A DNA stretch of 64,000 nt from Octopus vulgaris (Eukaryota). The number at the start of each line of letters is the position of its first letter. Position 1 is the first letter of the stretch. Under the pieces are notes generated by a model, which saw nothing but the letters and a program-made list of their open reading frames with translations, was not told the DNA's origin and ran no database searches. The stretch is from positions 23,436,001 to 23,500,000 of the forward strand of contig OX597821.1 in assembly GCA_951406725.2 (NCBI GenBank). Reading direction: 5' to 3'. Shown piece by piece: positions 27,755-39,970 of the stretch. A program made the translations under genes and the position numbers.

Positions 27755-28140
27755 AAAAAAAACCTAAGAACAAGCGCAACAAGAAAAACAACAACACGAG
27801 GACGTGGTACATGCAAAGTATTAGCAGACGCTCAGGGAAGGAAAGAAAGCTGGTTTTACGTTTCGAGCAAAGCTCTTCGTCAGAAACAGGAGACGGAGGG
27901 AAAAAAATCACGAACGATCCACGAGGACCGTTCACGATTTTTTTCCTCCGTCTTTCTTTTCTCTTGGACTATCCTCCGTCTCCTGGTTCTGACGAAGAGC
28001 TTTGCACGAAACGTAAAACCCGATTTCTTTCCTTCCCTGAGCGTCTGCTAATACTTTGCATGTATCACATCCTCGAGTTGTTGTTTTTTCTTGTTGTGTT
28101 TGTTCTTCGTTTTTTGGGGGGGGGGGGGGGGGGGGGATTT
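27755..28140. mobile_element. Head-to-head inverted pair of a Penelope-like short element, one hammerhead motif per arm (27850-27889 minus, 27983-28020 plus)
   Basis: The left arm reads gttt-CTGACGA-A-GAGC-ttt-GCTC-GAAAC-GTA-aaac on minus. The right arm is its inverted copy. Confidence 0.75.
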
Positions 28141-28210
28141 ACTATTTATCACACGCTCACACGAACTGCCGGGCTGACTTTGGAGTACCATCTGAGATGC
28201 AGCACGGATT

Positions 28211-28260
28211 TTTGTCAGTGAACAGGTCGCGGATTTTAGCGACGAAAATATTTTGACAAA
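28211..28260 (+). ncRNA. Hammerhead-like motif with G3-C8 flipped core (element about 28185-28402)
   Basis: tttgtca-GTGAACA-G-GTCGC-ggatttta-GCGAC-GAA-AATATT-T-tgacaaa. Confidence 0.6.
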
Positions 28261-28398
28261 TTAAACTTAAATGTTGAAGTGAATCGAACGGCTTTTGTGT
28301 GTTTCTTAAATGGCTTACAAACACCTTCCACGCTGCAATTGTTTTCGTTTCAGCACACGATCTCAGATCAAATCACTTGCTATGCGAGTACATTTCCG

Positions 28399-28449
<51 letters not shown>

Positions 28450-28450
<1 letters not shown>

Positions 28451-29070
28451 GCAATAAGAAAATGGAGGGGATCAATAGATGGTTCATGAACTTTTAGACA
28501 TTATATATATATATTGTAATGAGGTAGGTCGGTTTATGTGCTTACCCTGGGTTTCTCGCTCATAAGGGGTTTAGCCCTACGGCGTACCTTCACGCCCCAA
28601 ACACTGCTGGTCTGAGACCTCTTTAAAATATGGAGGGGAAAAGCCTCGTTTTTAAGGATAAGACCCTAGGTGATTATCTCCTTTTGCCATTGTCCATCGA
28701 TCTCCGGCTTCCCTACCATCTTGCGGTCACCAAAGGGCCGCGAAGGTAAACGATTGTCTCCCTTCGGTTTTGGCTATTAATTTTTAGCTGCAATTTTCTA
28801 AGATGCAAGCATGGTCCAAAAATCTCCGTCCAGGTGTTCAGGATGTCTCCTGGCACGAGCGAGTCTTTAAGAAACGTCGTGCGTACGGCAATGTATAACT
28901 TGAACCATTTCGTCATGTTTATACAAGGGCCTGGTTTCTCGAGTATGTTCCATGATATCGAGTATGGAATCTTTTCGTCTCGTAATTGCTAGATATGGCT
29001 GGCCAGCGATGCCACGTATCGCCTTTCCGGGACTCTGAAGGACAAATGATTAGAAATACGCTATTTGAGA
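28450..29070 (-). mobile_element. Penelope-like element 3' fragment (degraded GIY-YIG C-terminus plus 3' UTR)
   Basis: Minus translation SLASHI*QLRDEKIPYSISWNILEK...KLYIAVRTTF...LNTWTEIFGPCLHLRK resembles the PLE endonuclease tail pattern LSxHIWxLK...YxIxWxI...CxLCxxEK...LNxxxE...CxH. It ends at (TA)n. Confidence 0.6.
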
Positions 29071-29084
29071 GAGTTCCCACTGCA

Positions 29085-29178
29085 CAGTCGATAAATTAAG
29101 TACCAGTTACGCACTGGGGTCGATGTAATCAACTTAATCCCCTCCCCCAAAATGCCCTTGTGGCAAAAATTTGAAATC

Positions 29179-29238
<60 letters not shown>

Positions 29239-29464
29239 GTTATTATTGTTATTGTTGTTGCTGTTGTTGAATCGTTAACACGTCGGGCAAAATGCTTCGC
29301 GATATTTCGTCCGACTTTACTTCTGAGTTCAAATTCCGCCGAGGTCGACTTTACCTTTCATCCTTTTGGGGCTGATAAATCAAGTACCAGTAAAACACTG
29401 GAGTTGACGTAATCGAATAGTCCCCTCCCCTGAAATTTCAGGCCTTGTGCCTTTAGTAGAAAGG

Positions 29465-29525
<61 letters not shown>
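29085..29525 (+). mobile_element. SINE family B fragments, tail type 2, with (ATT)n tails
   Basis: Meta-like core and CCTTGTG tail followed by (ATT)n, twice. Confidence 0.75.
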
Positions 29526-29527
<2 letters not shown>

Positions 29528-29707
29528 AACAATAACAACGACACAATTCTATATTTTGGGTATGAGGAATTTATTCTGTACACTTTCCACCGTACAACGG
29601 CCGCAACGATCAAGATGGGGACACCAGTTCTACTAATGTAAAAAGAGTACGTAAACAACAGCATCAACAACCACAATAATAATAATAATAATAATAATAA
29701 TAATTAA

Positions 29708-31350
29708 TTCTTTTTTTTTTGGCCACAAGGGCTGACAAATATGATTAGAAAACATAAAGGGACAAAACAGGGTTTTGTCCGTTTGTGAAAAAATCGTGTA
29801 AAAACAGTGTAACAATCAAATAATATAACAACGAAAAACTCCCAATAGGGGGAGGCGTTACAAAAGGTTCCTGGTGGAAAACCCATAAAGCCACGGGAGC
29901 CTGGTCAAAAAAAGGTGGGTAGAGAGCCCCTTTCTCCTTTTATAATACCTTTTTCAGTTACAGGTGAAACCTCAGAATTGGTCCATTTATACTGGCCATT
30001 CTTGCACAATTCACCCACCTTTCAGAAAACTTGTTATCAGACAGCACTCTCCTCTCTAACCTCATTTTCCTTTTCAAGTGAAACTTGAAAAAGTTGATGA
30101 GGCCTTGACCAAAGAGGAAAGTGTCTGACTTTAGCCCTTTCAAACGGGTCCACCATACAACCTCTTTCGCCACAGCCACTAGGCACAGGAAAACGGCCTT
30201 GCCCTCTTTGTTGAAGGCGGTCGGCGGGGCAATCTTCACTATAGATTCAGCTGATAGCCGGATCCGTCCTATACGTGACAGTAGCTGTTCGACATAAACC
30301 CATAGTTCAGCAATACTCGGGCACTGGACGAGTACGTGCAGAACGGTTTCGTCGTCCTGGCAACACCTCGGGCAGGCCCGGCTGATGGCACTTCTGTGCC
30401 GGTAGAGTTTATCTCGAACAGGCAGAGCTCCTCGGTAGCACTGCCAGGCGAGGGGACTTTGGAAATTATCCATTGGCTCCGGCCCGAAACTTCTTCCAAA
30501 CAGACCGCTCAGTTCGTTATCATCAACGCCTAGAGTTTCCCCGAGAACGTCGTAGCACTTTTCTTCTACTAACCCTCTATAGAACGCTAGAGTTGAACTA
30601 CTACCGATCACATTGCTCGCTTGGCGGAGGGCGGAGAAAGCTTGACGGCACTCAAGGTGCCAAACGCCCTTTCTCGGTCTACGTTTGATCCAGGTTTGCA
30701 GCTCTGTCAAAGAGACGAGCTGCGGTAATTCGCGTCTAACAAACGACGACCACACCTGTTCACCGTCTAGGAAAACGCTTGAGATGTCGCAGCCTGAGCG
30801 CATGTCTGTGCATCAGTAACCACGGCATGCCAAGGCCTCCGTTCAGCGGCCGTTGACAGCAGATGGATCACCTGACCAGTGGTACCTGACCCTTCCACAA
30901 AAAGTCGAAGAGCAGACGTACCAGCTTGGCCGACCAGCGGTCGGGACATGGGACGACAGTCATGCGGTAATAGATGATGGATGCGATGTATGCATTTACC
31001 ACCTCCGCTCGACCTTTCAGGGACAGCTTCCTCTCGGCCCATTTCTGGGTGAGCTTGGCCACCCTGCTCGTCACTTCTTCCCAGCTTTTATCCACCTGGA
31101 GGTCCGGACTGAACCAGACCCCGAGCAGTTTAACGGGTCCGTCTGTCCAGCGCCCTACGACGCTGTTGGACGGCATGGGCTTGCCTCTCCAGGTGCCCAG
31201 TTGCAAGCCCACAGACTTTTCCGCGTTAATCTTTGCCCCTGTCACCGCCTCGTACTCGTTTAGCGTCTCGCCAATCAGGTCAATGTGCTTGTGGCTCGAC
31301 ACCAACACGGTGACGTCGTCGGCATAGGCAGACACGCTGTTTCCCCACTG
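29708..31350 (-). mobile_element. 5'-truncated Tx1/L1-clade LINE (RT C-terminus plus zinc-binding region), frameshifted
   Basis: AYADDVTV RT motif, W..RKLSLKGRAEVVN, CPRC..DDETVLHVLVQCP, then a 3' UTR with an A-rich tail. The two ORFs 30868-31335 and 29958-30803 are joined by a frameshift. Confidence 0.85.
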
Positions 31351-31523
31351 AGTTTCTTTTGTTAATAATGTACAGAAGAAACCTATGAACCAACAAACTA
31401 TTTAAACAACAGCTATTTCTATATGGCGGACGTGTCTACTTATAAAGGATCACAAGATACGAAAATGCGAAGAAACTTATTTATCTAAAGATCCCATCTT
31501 CAGTTGTACCAGTGCCACATGAA

Positions 31524-31902
31524 CAAGGCTGGATTTAGACGGGGTTCTAATGCCAATAAGTTTCGGTAACCACCTATGAATTTGCTGATACAAAAATATA
31601 ATACTAAAGAGGGACCCATTAAATCTAGGGATCCCAAATAGTTTGAAGAGGCCCCAAAACTTAAAACGACCCTGGTAGATTCAGAGGGATTCAGTTAAAA
31701 TAAATAGTTTTTTAAGCCTAAAAGAAGGTTCAATAATTTAAAAAGAATTCTATTGGATTAAAAAAATTAAACAAATAAATAAGTTACAGATTATTCATTT
31801 GACTGTTGCGATTTTTTAATTTTTAACTCCAATCTTTGAGTTTAGGAATCCCGAGTTTGGGGTCCCCGGGCCCATATTGAGTCGTTCATAAATCTGGCCC
31901 TG
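31524..31902. mobile_element. Old hAT-type MITE
   Basis: Imperfect TIRs CAAGGCTGGATTTA and TAAATCTGGCCCTG; degenerate 8-bp flanks CACATGAA and TACACGAC. Confidence 0.45.
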
Positions 31903-32439
31903 TACACGACAAACAACTGCTGATTACAACTCGTCCAACTTTTGAATCAACAAATAGAGGTTATATCTTTGGTTTATGGATAACAACAAAACTGAGAATT
32001 ACAAAGTTCCTATCGAAGAATGTCTGGAAGGTTAAAGAAGTCTGGGATACAAACGTCACTTGAGCGGCTCTAAGTCCACTCTTCCTACCGACTCTTCTAG
32101 CCGTGTTAGACGAGCATGGTGAATGATTCCATTAGGACATACAGTTCTTGGATAATCAATATCAGGGAAGGTAGAATGAAACAATGATGGGTATTACAAT
32201 TGGTGCTTGGTTCGACAAGATAGTTGAAGCCACAAAAGACAGACACCGTACCTTAGAGGCTCGACAAAAGAGACCGATACAATAAGAACCTGATACAAAA
32301 ATACTAGTGTTGATTTGTTCGACTAAACCCTTCAAGGCGGTGCCCCTGCATGGCCGCAGCCCAATGATTGGATCAAGTAATTGATAAAAGAAGAAAATAT
32401 AGAAATATCCTATACGTAACATTAATATGAGTAAACTTA

Positions 32440-32810
32440 AGGCGGTGTGTTGGCAATGCGTAGCCGTATTTCGTCTGCTGTTACGTTCTGAGTTCAAATA
32501 CCGCCGAGGTCCACTTTGCCTTTCATCCTTTCGGGGTCGATAAATTAAGTAGTAGTTACGCACTGGGGTCGATGTAATCGACTTAATCCGTTTGTCTGTC
32601 CTTGTTTGTCCCCATCTGTGTTTAGCCCCTTGTGGGTAGTAAAGAAATAGGTATTTCGTCCGTCTGTACGTTGAGTTCAAAATCCGCCGATGTCGACTTT
32701 GTCTTTCATCCTTTCGCGATCGATTAAATAAGTACCCATAGAACACTGGGATCCATATAATCGGCTTGCCCCTTCCTCGAAACTGATAGCTTTGTTCCAA
32801 AATTTAGAAC
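32440..32810 (+). mobile_element. SINE family B head-to-tail dimer
   Basis: Two cores joined at GTAAAGAAATAGGTATTTCGTC. Confidence 0.8.
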
Positions 32811-32811
32811 C

Positions 32812-33260
32812 ATTATCAGGAAAGCTTTCGACTCTGTTCGCCATTATCCATTTGTACAAAATATTCAACACCACTTTGAGAAACAAGACAAAATAATGGC
32901 TTAGAAAATTACCAGTTGGGCTGCGAAGTCGATGTAGCGGACAAGAAGACTTCCATATTTTGTAATTTCCCGAAAGGAGCATCACAGGGAACCGTACTCT
33001 CTCCTACTCTTATCAAACTCTGCCTACAGGACCTGACCTTCTTAGATCTTCAAAGTTAGACAAGCTGCTTCATTCAGCAATGACGTCACACTCCTATCCT
33101 CCAATCATTCACGCGACAGTATTACAAAATATACCCGACCTCAACTTAAGGCATCCTAAAAGTGTCTCCATAAAAGTAGATTAAACGTAAATCCCTACAA
33201 AATCCAGTGTTTCCTTTCTTATCAGCAATAGCAGAGAACATCCTGTTCAACCAACCGTAA
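32812..33260 (+). pseudogene. Highly degraded LINE reverse-transcriptase fragment
   Basis: RKAFDSVRH, GASQGTVLSPTLI and SFSNDVTL correspond to the KAFD, PQGSVLSP and YADD motifs. Confidence 0.6.
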
Positions 33261-33354
33261 CATTCAACACCACAAACTTATATATATATATATATATATA
33301 TAAATATATACATACACGTATGCGTATATTTATATATATATATTGTACATGAAT

Positions 33355-33582
33355 ATGTATGTATGCATGTATGTATGTATGTATGTATGTATGTATGTAT
33401 GTATGTATGTATGTATGTATGCATGCATGCATGTATGTATGTATGTATGTATGTATGTATATATGTATGTATGTATGTATGCATGTATGTATGTATGTAT
33501 GTATGTATGTATGTATGCATGCATGCATGTATGCATGTATGTATGTATGTATGTATGTATGTATGTATGTATGTATGTATGT
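33355..33582. repeat. (TATG)n microsatellite
   Basis: Read directly from the sequence. Confidence 0.95.
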
Positions 33583-33802
33583 ACAGGCGCGGTCCCAGGA
33601 ATTTTTCGAAGGAAGGGCACAAGGTCAGAAAGGAATATAATTCTAGGAGAAAAGGGCGTAATAACATTATTTAGAAGGGTGCACTTCTTTTCTATGTGTG
33701 TATGTGTGTGCATGTGTATGTATGTATATATACACAAACGCACACATGTGTGTTATTGCGTTCTTGTCCCACTTTGTAATTTATATTTTATATTTAATTC
33801 CT

Positions 33803-33836
<34 letters not shown>

Positions 33837-34060
33837 TGTATATACAGAGAGAGTGGGAGAGAGAGAGAAAGATTCATATTTGCGCTCAAATCAACAGTGT
33901 TGTGTGTGTGTGTGTGTGTGTGTGCGTGTGTGTGTGTGTGTGTGTAGATAAAATAGTGCCAAAACTATGTCAAATTACAGTAGCTTTGTATGACAAGAAG
34001 ACAATGAGTCGGAAGTGCTCCGCTTTTTCCTTGAACATACCCACACCCCTACACACACCC

Positions 34061-34106
<46 letters not shown>

Positions 34107-34234
34107 CTGTTTTCTTTAATACTTGTAGAGCAACAAGTTTCGTTTCGTTGAGCAGCATGATATCATTAAGTCTTAAATATCCTTTTCTATTTTCAGCAGA
34201 ATGCCCCAAAAGTTTGTTTAGGAGAGGTCCAGTT

Positions 34235-34562
34235 GATTAGATCGACCCCAGTACGCAACTGCTACTTAATTTATCGACCCCGAAATGTTGAAAGACAAAG
34301 TCGACCTCGGCGGAATTTGAACTCAGAACGTAGCGGCAGACGAATTACCTATTTCTTTACTACCCACATGGGACTAAACATAGAGGGGGACAAACAAGGA
34401 CAGACAAACGGATTAAGTCGATTATATCGATCCCAGTGCGTAACTGGTACTTATTTAATCGACTCTGAAAAGATGAAAGGCAAAGTGGACCTCGTCGGAA
34501 TTTGAACTCAGAACGTAATGGCAGATGAAATACGGCTACGCATTTCGCCCGGCGTGCTAACT
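34235..34562 (-). mobile_element. SINE family B dimer
   Basis: Two family B cores on minus with junction GTAAAGAAATAGGTAATTCGTC. Confidence 0.8.
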
Positions 34563-34899
34563 TTTCTCCAGGTCGAGTCTTAAATATTACCATATCTAAA
34601 GATATATAAAAGCACAAACTACTGACGTCATCATTTCTGCATATTTCTTCATCAAACTAATTTGGTTTTTATCATATTTTTATTTATCATTTGTGAGATT
34701 ACAAGCAACTATAATAATATTTGTTGAACGTGTTAGTTTCTACAGTCAAACAGAAATAGCAACCATGTCCTGACGCTGTGGCCGCGGTTGGAACGTTTTG
34801 TTTACGTTCTGTAATTTAGCGTGTCAGCAGAGAGAGAGAGAGGGGGAGAGAGAAAGAGAGAGAGGGGGAGAGAGCGAGAGAGCGAGAGCGAGAGAGAGA

Positions 34900-34972
<73 letters not shown>

Positions 34973-35545
34973 CGCGCGTTTATGTGTGAGTGCGTGCGTG
35001 TTTTATATACGTTTGTCACTCACTGCTTGACAATCGGTGTAGATTTGTTTACGACACCGTAACTTAGTAGTTCGGCAAAACAGTACTGGTGGAATATGAG
35101 GCTTAGTATAAGTACAAGAGCTGATTAGATTGCCTAAAATCTTTGAAGGTGATGCCCCAGCATGGCCGCAATTCAAATAGTAAAACAACGAAAAGCATTA
35201 AAAAAAATACATATATATTCGTAAAAATAATAACAATTAAGAGGATTTGATCGACATAAACGTGCGAGCTTGGATCCTTTGGGTATTCGTTTGACCTGCT
35301 AGAAATAGCAACCAAATCTATCTCAAATCACTGCCGCCGTCACCATTACCAACTCCAACACCACCGTTAGCACTACCATCACCACCACCACCACCGCCGC
35401 CGTCGCCGCTGCTACCACCAACAACAACCATAAGAATAACAACACCCTCACCGCCGGTATTGGCTGAAATCCTATTTTGATGTTGTTGTTGTCAAACGTT
35501 TCCGCAGCTAAGCTTGGCCTTGGAGTTAATCAATAACAACATAGA

Positions 35546-35592
<47 letters not shown>

Positions 35593-35951
35593 GCAACAAC
35601 ATCATCAACATCAGCAACAGCAGCAGCAGCAGCAAAACAACAGCATTCGCTCAGTGTTAATCTTCCCTGAACTATTGCTCGAATGGCGGCGTTTATGACT
35701 TCAGAATCTCAGAACCCTTATCTGGCGTTTATGTCCTTGTATCTGGGGGCCGACCGTAAACGTGTACGTAATGTCAACTTCCTGCTTATATGTTTGTTGG
35801 ACGGTGAGAAATTTCAATGTCAGCCGTCTCCTATGACTATAACCATGTCCACTCATTATAGCTAAACGAAATTTAACAGAACATTGCTTATTGTTCACAT
35901 CGCTTGTCTGGTACGAAATCCCATCTAAAAGGTGAATTTTTGCCTTATATA

Positions 35952-36162
35952 CGAGGGGTTGCTGAAAAGTTCCTGGCTTTGAGTAAAAGGAAATACAGAA
36001 GGATCAGCTGGTTATGATTTTATACAATGTATCCCTCTCTCAGATTCACACACTTATTGTTAACAGTCCTTCAGCTTTTCTAGGCCCTGTACGAGATCTC
36101 GAAAGGTTGAGCTTCCAGCCAGGCCTTTCGCGACACCCTAGAGCCGGGAACTTTTCAACATT

Positions 36163-36168
<6 letters not shown>
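35952..36168. mobile_element. Mariner-derived MITE
   Basis: TIRs CGAGGGGTTGCTGAAAAGTTCCTGGCT and AGCCGGGAACTTTTCAACATTCCCTCG; TA on the left. Confidence 0.7.
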
Positions 36169-36220
<52 letters not shown>

Positions 36221-36689
36221 TGTAACAAAACAGGAGGTGTATTTCCACGCAGGAAAAAATTTAGGAAAATTTGTTGTTGAAAATGCACCTAAATTTGAAA
36301 AACTTGTAATTGTTTTTAAATAAATATATTTACACACATACCAAACTAGTTTCAACGCTATTTTTTGTTTGTCAATAGTAAAAAATTTTAATTATGTATT
36401 AGGAAAACATGTTTAAAAGTTTCAATAATATCAAATATAATTTAAATATTCATAACATTCAATAATATAAAAAATGTGGATCATCTTGTTTAAATGCACA
36501 AAATTCAATAAAGTTAGAAGTTATATATATATATATAACTTTTGTCTTTTGTTTATTTCCGTAAACCTGCCTTCGTCTTTTGTCTATTTTCATAAAGCTT
36601 CCCGTTATATATATATATATTTGACCGCGTGTGTATCGTTGGTGATTTTTTCCCCCGTCTTCCCTTCCTTGGATCTTTCCTTTTCCTAT

Positions 36690-36724
36690 GTTTCCGACGA
36701 AGAGCTCCGCTCGACACGTTAAAT
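36690..36724 (+). ncRNA. Hammerhead-like motif, U4C core, damaged copy (element about 36620-36830)
   Basis: gttt-CCGACGA-A-GAGC-tcc-GCTC-GACAC-GTT-aaat; homologous to 46863-46897. Confidence 0.45.
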
Positions 36725-36981
36725 CCCCCTTCTTTCTTTCCTTTCTTGAGCGTCCAATAACACTATACTTGTTCCACGTCCTCGCGTTGTTGTGTTTTCT
36801 CTTTGTGGTTTCATGTTTGGATTAACTATATATATATATATTACGGAGATGTACTTGCATAGCGAGTGACTTGATCTGAAATCGTGTGCTGGAACGAAAA
36901 CAATTGCAGCGTGGAAGGTGTTTATAAACCATTTAAGAAACACACAAAAACCGTTAGATTCACTTCAACATTTAAATTTAA

Positions 36982-37032
36982 TTTGTCAAAATATTTTCGT
37001 CGCTTTGAGACCGCGACCTGTTCACTGACAAA
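36982..37032 (-). ncRNA. Hammerhead-like motif with G3-C8 core (element about 36841-37052)
   Basis: Minus: tttgtca-GTGAACA-G-GTCGC-ggtctcaaa-GCGAC-GAA-AATATT-T-tgacaaa. Both ends of the element abut (TA)n. Confidence 0.6.
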
Positions 37033-37047
37033 ACTTCGTGCTGCATC

Positions 37048-37129
<82 letters not shown>

Positions 37130-37902
37130 AAACAAACCCTTATCTGCCGTTTTCTTTCGTTTTCAGGATGATAGGCTGCAATCAGGTGGCGGGGTAGCAG
37201 AATCGTTAATGAAGATGAACAAAAAGATTAGCAATATTTCTTCCGGTTCTTTACCTTCTGTGTTCAAATTCCGCCAAGTTAATTTTACCTTTCATCTTTT
37301 CGTGCTCGATAAAATAATTATCAGTTGAGCACTCGGGTTGATGTAATCAACCAACCTCTTTCCAGCAAAAGTGTTGACCTTGTGCCAAAATTTGAAGCTA
37401 TTATTACATTTTAGCACATCTGACAAAATGATTGATAATATTTTTTTCTGTTATTTTCGATTTCGAATGCCGCTTTCATAATTTTGGGGCCGATAAATTA
37501 GTACTAGCTGAGCACTGGAGTCGATGTAATCGACTTCACCCCACCTAAAAATTGCAGGCTTTGAGCCAAAATTAGAAAAACAAAATTAAAAAATTGTAAG
37601 CTGTAATTTGAAAGACACTAGCTGCCATTTCTAGCATACGGAACATTCACATGCATTTTGCCATTAACCCCGTCAAGGATTTAGAAATTTATAAATATCG
37701 GTTATATGCTATATTCAGTTCAAATGACAAACTTCTGGATCTGTTCCAACTTTAGAATTAGTCGAGCAATGAATGGAATCGTACTGATAGCTATTTAGTT
37801 TCACCTCACATTCCGAGTTTAAATCCTGACGGCGCTGACATTGACTTTATTATTCCTGTATTAGTAAAATAAATACCAGTCATATACTAGGATTGATATA
37901 CG

Positions 37903-37985
<83 letters not shown>

Positions 37986-37986
<1 letters not shown>

Positions 37987-38388
37987 GGCGCAGGAGTGGC
38001 TGTGTGGTAAGTAGCTTGCTTACCAACCACATGGTTCCGGGTTTAGTCCCATTGCGTGGCATCTTGGGCAAGTGTCTTCTGCTATAGCCCCGGGCCGACC
38101 AATGCCTTGTGAGTGGATTTGGTAGACGGAAACTGAAAGAAGCCTGTCGTACATATGTGTATATATATATGTGTGTGCGTGTATGTTTGTGTGTCTGTGT
38201 TTGTCCCCCTGGCATTGCTTGAAAACCGATGCTGGTGTGTTTACGTCCCCGTCACCTAGCGGTTCGGCAAAAGAGACCGATAGAATAAGTACTGGACTTA
38301 CAAAAGAATAAGTCCCGGGGTCGAGTTGCTCGATTAAAGGCGGTGCTCCAGCATGGCCGCAGTCAAATGACTGAAACAAGTAAAAGAG
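37986..38388 (+). mobile_element. SINE family A
   Basis: Full-length copy. Confidence 0.9.
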
Positions 38389-38412
38389 TATGTGTGTGTG
38401 TGTATGTATATA

Positions 38413-38808
38413 CTAGCAGTATCGCCCGGCGTTGCTCGGGTTTGTAAGGGAAATAATTATATAAGCATTTTTAGAGATGTAAAGTATAATAGCCATCTCA
38501 ATATGGCTAACCACAAAGGGGGAGGGGTGTTACTGTAGCTTTTTACGTTCTGAGATTTAATAATAAATTTTAGAGAGTTACTTCCCTTATATATGTCAAA
38601 AATGGATTAAAAATGGGAAAAATTGATGTTAAATTTTTTTTTTAAATCGTAGACTCATCGTAGACGCGCGCTAATACCCAGACGGTCTCGATATGAATCA
38701 CGACTATAAGATACCCGGTTTTGGTTAAACTGCACCGCAAAATGTGGGAGTAGTTAGGAATCTAAATCGTAGGAGACAGACACACAACCTCACTTTTATA
38801 TATAAAGA
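38413..38808 (-). mobile_element. Non-autonomous Helitron, complete
   Basis: Minus strand A|TCTTTATATATAAAAG ... subterminal hairpin ... CTAG|T. Confidence 0.85.
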
Positions 38809-38909
38809 TTTCCTCTATTTACATAATATTGAGGTCTCTTTCTTTCTTTTGTTATCTTACTGTTTTTACCAATATACATATATATATATATATATAAATA
38901 TATATATAG

Positions 38910-39231
38910 TTACAGAGATGTACTTGCATAGCAAGTGACTTGATCTGAGATCGTGTGCTGGAACGAAAACAGTTGCAGCGTTGAAGGTGTTTATAAGCCA
39001 TTTAAGAAACACACAAAAACCGTTAGATTCACTTCAACATTTAAATTTAATTTGTCAAAATATTTTCATCGCTTTGAGACCGCGACCTGTTAGCACGATA
39101 TTTTTGTCAGTGAACAGGTCGCGGTCTCAAAGCGACGAAAATATTTTGGCAAATTAAATTTAAATGTTGAAGTGAATGTAACGGTTTTTGTGTGTTTCTT
39201 AAATGGCTTACAAACACCTTCCACGCTGCAA
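38910..39231. mobile_element. Head-to-head inverted pair of the G3-C8 hammerhead element (intact motif 39103-39153 plus)
   Basis: The left arm (minus) is truncated inside the core at about 39091 and the right arm is on plus; both outer ends lie in (TA)n. Confidence 0.75.
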
Positions 39232-39596
39232 TATATATATACACACATATATATATATGTATGTATGTATGTATGTGTGTATATGTGTATGCATGTATGT
39301 GTGTGTGTGTGCGTGTCTGTGCTTGTGATTGTCCTCCACCACTGCTTGACAACGAATGTTGGTTTGTTTACATCCCTGTCACCTAGTGGTTTGACAAAGG
39401 AAACAGATAGAATAAGTACAATGCTTACAAAAATAAAAGTGGAGTTGATTCATTAAACTACAATTCTTCAAGGCATTGCCCCAGCATGGCCACAGACCAA
39501 TGGCTGGAAAAAGCAGAAGAATAAAAGAATACATTCTCTGCTTTGGTCTTATGTTCAAGGCATGAGAAAGCTTGAGTTTACATGAGAAGGCCTAAC

Positions 39597-39970
39597 AGAC
39601 CTGGTAGAAACAGCAGCCAAATCTCCCTCAAATCACACCTTACTGTCTTATGTATGTATATATATATGAGCCAATGAGGGGGACCTCTACATGGTAGCTA
39701 GACCTGGTAGAAATAGCAGCCAAATTTCCCCCAAATCACACCTTACTGTCTTATCTATGTATATATGTATGTATGAGCCTATGAGGGAGACCCCTACATG
39801 GCAGCTAGACCTGGTAGAAATAGCAGCCAAATTTCCCCCAAATCACACCTTACTGTCTTATCTATGTATATATGTATGTATGAGCCTATGAGGGAGACCC
39901 CTACATGGCAGCTAGACATGGTAGAAATAGCAGCCAAATCTCCCTCAAATCACACCTTACTGTCTTATCT
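39597..39970. repeat. Minisatellite, 103-107-bp unit x about 3.5
   Basis: AGACCTGGTAGAAATAGCAGCCAAAT...CCTACATGGCAGCT units start at 39597, 39700, 39807 and 39914. Confidence 0.9.

Noticed and set aside
35683-35865. 60-aa ORF starting ATGGCGGCG
   Set aside because: Short, with no recognisable homology or exon signals; it could be regulatory but there is no support.
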